A stretch of DNA of 61,305 nucleotides, the filler included. It is 12 parts of 12 records of this genome, joined end to end, with 100 filler letters (N's around TTAATTAATTAA, not from the genome) between each part and the next. Parts side by side here need not be neighbours in the genome. Positions count along the whole stretch, not along the records: positions 55,980 to 61,305 come from SRR15195285_8540; 11 more parts are not named here. One strand, given 5' to 3'. Of the stretch, positions 57,255 to 61,305 are shown in pieces. The stretch's first letter is position 1. Every line of letters begins with the position of its first letter. A program made the translations under genes and the position numbers. The notes beneath the pieces are model-generated. The model had not been told where the DNA came from. It saw only the letters and a list, made by a program, of their open reading frames with translations, and made no database searches.

Positions 57255-57698
57255 CCATGATTGTCGTCACCACGCAAGCGAGCGCACTGAGCAGCAAATT
57301 GGCGGACTTGCAGGCTGCCAAAGGTTTACGTGCCCTGGCTGCATTCCAAGATATTCGCAGATCGGTGGCTCAACACGAACCACTGGCAAAGGTTCATGCC
57401 TCTCTCACAAGCAAGGATGCACTGGGACGTTGCTGGCGCCGACAGGGGCCACCACAATTATGGTGACAAGAAGACGTGTTATCAAACCGTAATTTTGATT
57501 TGAAGAAAGACAACAGCGGCAGAGCTAGGCTCACACGCTTCTCACAGACTTTCAGCACGCGCGTCCGAACTGGCTGAGGAGATATAGGAGATCCTCGGTA
57601 GATATCGAACCATCTAGATTTGCGTCTCTGCGTCACGCGTGCACATACAGGATTCAGCTGAAGCCACCGCAGCAAACATAGGACTGATGTAGTGGTAC

Positions 57699-60600
57699 TC
57701 ACGGGCACATCACAACACCTGTGGCGGCTTCGCATGTGCGCCCAAACAGCGCCAGCACTACGAGCAGGTCTGCAGTGCCTATGATCCCGTCGCCTGTAGG
57801 GTCCATGCAGATTTCGCCTTCTCCGGACTGCAATACCAAACACTCCACCAAGCTCAGCAGTTCGGCACTGCCGTCGGTCGGGGGCTCAGGCTGCTGAATT
57901 GCTGTCTCGAATTCCGCGGCGCACGGAGCTACCGCCTCACAGTTGGCCCACTCGGCTGGGCACATCGCAGACACCGCCTCGATCATCTCGGGTAGCTGCA
58001 GCTGGAATTGGCAGTCCATGAACGCGGTGCAGAGGGAGCTCAGGCTACACGCCCCGACAAACTCATCGATGGGGGTCGCTGGGTCGTCTTCCGTGTTCAG
58101 CGCCGCAAGGCAAGCGTCATCAGCAAAGCAGGCACCCTCTTGTGTTGCACAGGTTGGGTCGGCTGGCACCTCGCTTTGCAGCTGGCACTCCACGAAAGTT
58201 GAGCAGAGGGCGTCCGCGTCGCATGCCACCTGTGTTTCGTCATCTGGCGTCGACGGGTCATCTTCTGTGTTCAGTGCACCTAAGCATGCCTGGCTGTTGA
58301 AGCATGCATCAGCGGGGGCCTGGCACGCAGCTGCGATATCATACCCTTCGGCTGCCGCAGCAATGTCGCAATCCCTGTATGTCACACAAAGCTCACTCGC
58401 ATCGCAAGCTAGTGCTGCCTCATCGTCAGGGGTGGCAGGATCGTCTTCAGTAGAGGCGGCAGTATAGCACTGTGCGTTCATCATACAGCTTCCCATTTCA
58501 TCTGGGCATGGTGCATCGACAGGCAGCTGCGAATATATATGGCAAGCTGCAGCACCACAAGATTGTGTACGTCAGTTGTTGCTTCAAGATGAACGGGTAA
58601 GTTGTGGCATTCCGATTGAAGAGGTATGTCGAAACTTACACATCAATGCAGCTCCAAGTGGATCTGCCAGCAGAGCTATCAGTACCTCATCAACGCGAGT
58701 CGCAGGATCATTGACCGTTGATATCGCAAACAAGCAGTCCACATCTGAAACGCACGCATCACCTTCTGCCTGGCACGGATCAGGCTCTCCCCCAACACAA
58801 GTTCCATCGTCCAGACACACGTCGTTTACACTGAGGATGTCTCCATCGTTGCATGGCGTGCCTGGCTCTTGCCCAGTGCAGTCTGAAAGACAATCGCCCT
58901 GGTCATTAGCAAGCTCGGCACACGCAAAGTTGCCGAACTGATTGGTGTCTGTGTCGCAAACTCCATCGGCGCCTCTGAAGTCGCGACAGTTGCCGGAGCA
59001 GTCGACCCACGACCAATAGTTTGCGTCACATGGGCTTCCCAGAGCACAGTCTCCTCGGTCAAACTGTCGTGCCTCGCAGTTGAATCGTGGGTCGCAGATC
59101 CCGTCGCCTAGGGGATTAGTCGCTGGAGGATCGGGAATTGGGTAGCACACCCCATCGCATCCCAGCACTTCACCGTGGACAGGGCACGGGTCATCGCCAC
59201 CGGTCAAGCAGTCGCCACCATCGAAACCAGCAGCCTCGCAGTTCAGGTCCGCATGCCACATATTGTACGCAGCTACTAGCGGATTAAAACTTGGGCCGTT
59301 AGGTGCGCTGGCCGCATCATCACACCAGCCATTGCCCCAATTCTCTTGAGACACGCATCGACCGTACACTGGTTGTGCGTAACCTGGCTGCCCGTGCGTT
59401 GGACCGTAGGTGCAGGCTGCAGCCGCAAGCGTGAAGACTGCCGTGGCACCATGCGCTTCCGTAGCGAACACACTGTCGGATGTACATGCAGGCTCCTCTG
59501 GCTCGACACATTTGCACGAGTCGAAGTCATAACCTCCACCCCAGCACGTATCGTCACCAGTCGGACTGATTGATGTGTCGCAACAGCTGCTGTAGGAACT
59601 TTCACCCGCCCAGCACGCGGCCTCGCCCCGCCAGTCTTGGCAGAGCCCGCAGCTCGCAGCACACGCTGCATGGAGTGCATCTCTATCCCCAGGACTGTAG
59701 GTCCCAGTATCGGCCACGCAGTCGAACGCAGGGTCAGCCCATTCCGCACAGGTGTGCCCAGCTGCATCAACGAACCCAGGCTGGTCGCCACACCACCATT
59801 TGGCGGGTGTTCCAGCACATGCTTCTGATGTGCACACATCATTGTCAGTGGACACATCTTCATCGTCGCATGGAGCACCGTCAGCCAATCCAGTACAGTC
59901 GGTGGGAATTGACGGCGGTGGAGGAGCAGGAGGAGGGGCACTTGCACTCCAGCCGTCGCAGCACAGGTCATACTGCGTCGTGCCAAACCAGCAACCAACG
60001 TCCCCGGTGGGGCCCGCAGCTGTGTCGCAGCAGCTGGCAAAAGTGAAGGTCGCATCCCAGTGGCATCCGACCCGGAACTCTCCTGAGCAGATCCCGCATG
60101 AAATCGGGCACGCCGCTTTGATATCGTCGCTGCTGGTGCCACCAGACAAGCTTGTGTCATCGCATCCCCAGCCTTGGTAAGCTGAGCAGGCCGCTCCGGC
60201 TCCGTCGGCGAAGTCAGGGTCGTCTGCAGCAGCAGTACAGTCTACCGGCGGTGGAGGTGGTGGGGCAGGCGGTGGCGGGGGGGCAGGTGGTGGTGGTGGT
60301 GGCGCCGGGGGGGCGGGCGCACAGTTGAAGCAGGTCAGCGGGCAGGCTTCGTACAAGGCTTGACGGTCCGCCTCCGCGTAGAGGCCATCGGTGTCAAGGA
60401 CACAGTTGAACCCCACCCAGTCCGCACACCCGTAGGCGCCGGCGTCGACAAAGTCCGGGTCGTCTGCGCAGGTAGGTGGAGGAGCAGGCGAAGGAGCTGG
60501 AGCCGCCGTATCGGCTGGCGTGAGATCTGTGCAGCAGAGATCGAATTGCGTCGATCCGAACCAGCAGCTGTCGTCGCCGGTGGGCCCTGCGGCCGTGTCG

Positions 60601-60875
60601 CAGCAGCCTGCGAAAGTGTAGGTCGCGTCCCACGCACATCCTGGCCGGAACGCTCCCGAGCAGATGCCACAGGACAGCGGGCATGCAGCTTCGAGATCCT
60701 CAGTGCTCGTGCCACCGGAGAAGGTCGTGTCGTCGCACCCGTAGCCCTGGTATGTCCAGCAGGCCGCGCCGGCGCCATCAACAAACGCATCGTCGTCCTG
60801 GCACACCTCCTGCGCGCGGCCCCGTGCAGCAAGGCCGAGCAGCGCTACTGCAACGGCGTGGCCCATCACCATCAT
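57699..60875 (-). CDS. Secreted Cys-rich repeat protein (ShK-like, LNR-like and Dictyostelium-type repeats, Pro linkers) with C-terminal dockerin-like motif; 2 exons
   Basis: Signal peptide MMVMGHAVAVALLGLAARGRA; repeats C.DD..FVD..G..C...ACP.SCG.C, GNGWCD..NC...FDGGDC and G.PC.D....ND.C. Intron 58547-58639 joins the two ORFs in frame. Ends DPTGDGIIGTADLLVVLALFG..C. Confidence 0.8.
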
Positions 60876-61091
60876 CGCCTTTTAAGAGCGATCAACTCCC
60901 ACGCAACCTCGCGGGGTTACTATATTAACAAGGAGCGGCTCGCCTCCCCCCTCGACCCCTGGGTGACAAGTTCCCCCACCACCGCACGCACTGCCCCCTT
61001 CCTCAGCTGGACCGACGGAGCTGCACGTACCCCTATAGCGTACACCAACAACGCCTATATACGCAGGAGCAACCCCCGGGAGAGGAGCTCG

Positions 61092-61120
61092 TAACGGCTG
61101 ATAACGGCTAATAACGGCTG
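61092..61120. repeat. 10-bp tandem repeat TAACGGCT(G/A)A x3
   Basis: Direct reading; upstream of the Cys-rich secreted protein gene. Confidence 0.8.
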
Positions 61121-61305
61121 GGGGGGCCTTGGTCTGCCGGGTACGCCACTTGCAAGTGGTCACAGGCTGGGTGAGGATTCCATCCACAGGCGGGGCCAGA
61201 ACCAGTCGAATATCAGTAGTGGTATGTGAAAAAACCCAGTGGGTTCGGGTGGTCCGCGGAGTGTGCTGTATTGATCAGTGAGTTCTATGTACTCAACAAG
61301 AATCC

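Overview
This window is not one locus. It is 12 unrelated eukaryotic contigs of about 3-8 kb, joined by 11 artificial 100-nt spacers (44 N + TTAATTAATTAA + 44 N), so gene neighbourhood means nothing across spacers. The DNA is GC-rich and gene-dense, with short GT-AG introns (about 70-150 nt), an RPB1 carrying YSPTSPS heptads, VPS4, RRP4 and an Sfi1-like protein. This fits a free-living heterotrophic protist; a Picozoa-like marine flagellate is my guess, not a result. Highlights: (1) an intronless 802-aa protein with a nicotinamide-riboside-kinase-like domain, ricin-B lectin, Gig2/PARP-like ADP-ribosyltransferase and Hint/Vint autoprocessing domain, resembling a self-processing NAD+-dependent effector; (2) a histone H3 N-terminal tail (K4/K9/K36 kept, K14/K18/K23 to R, K27 lost) fused to an apparently inactive 2OG-Fe(II) oxygenase with SH3-, ZZ- and Tudor-like modules; (3) two near-identical introner-like introns in one gene, plus an intron flanked by a 12-bp duplication; (4) a bacterial-type HEAT-NTT nucleotide transporter with a large Cys-rich insertion and EF-hands; (5) CPW-WPC domains on a DUF5054/GH38-like hydrolase; (6) clusters of TpA-rich palindromes in non-coding DNA. 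All domain calls are by-eye motif recognition; no searches were run.
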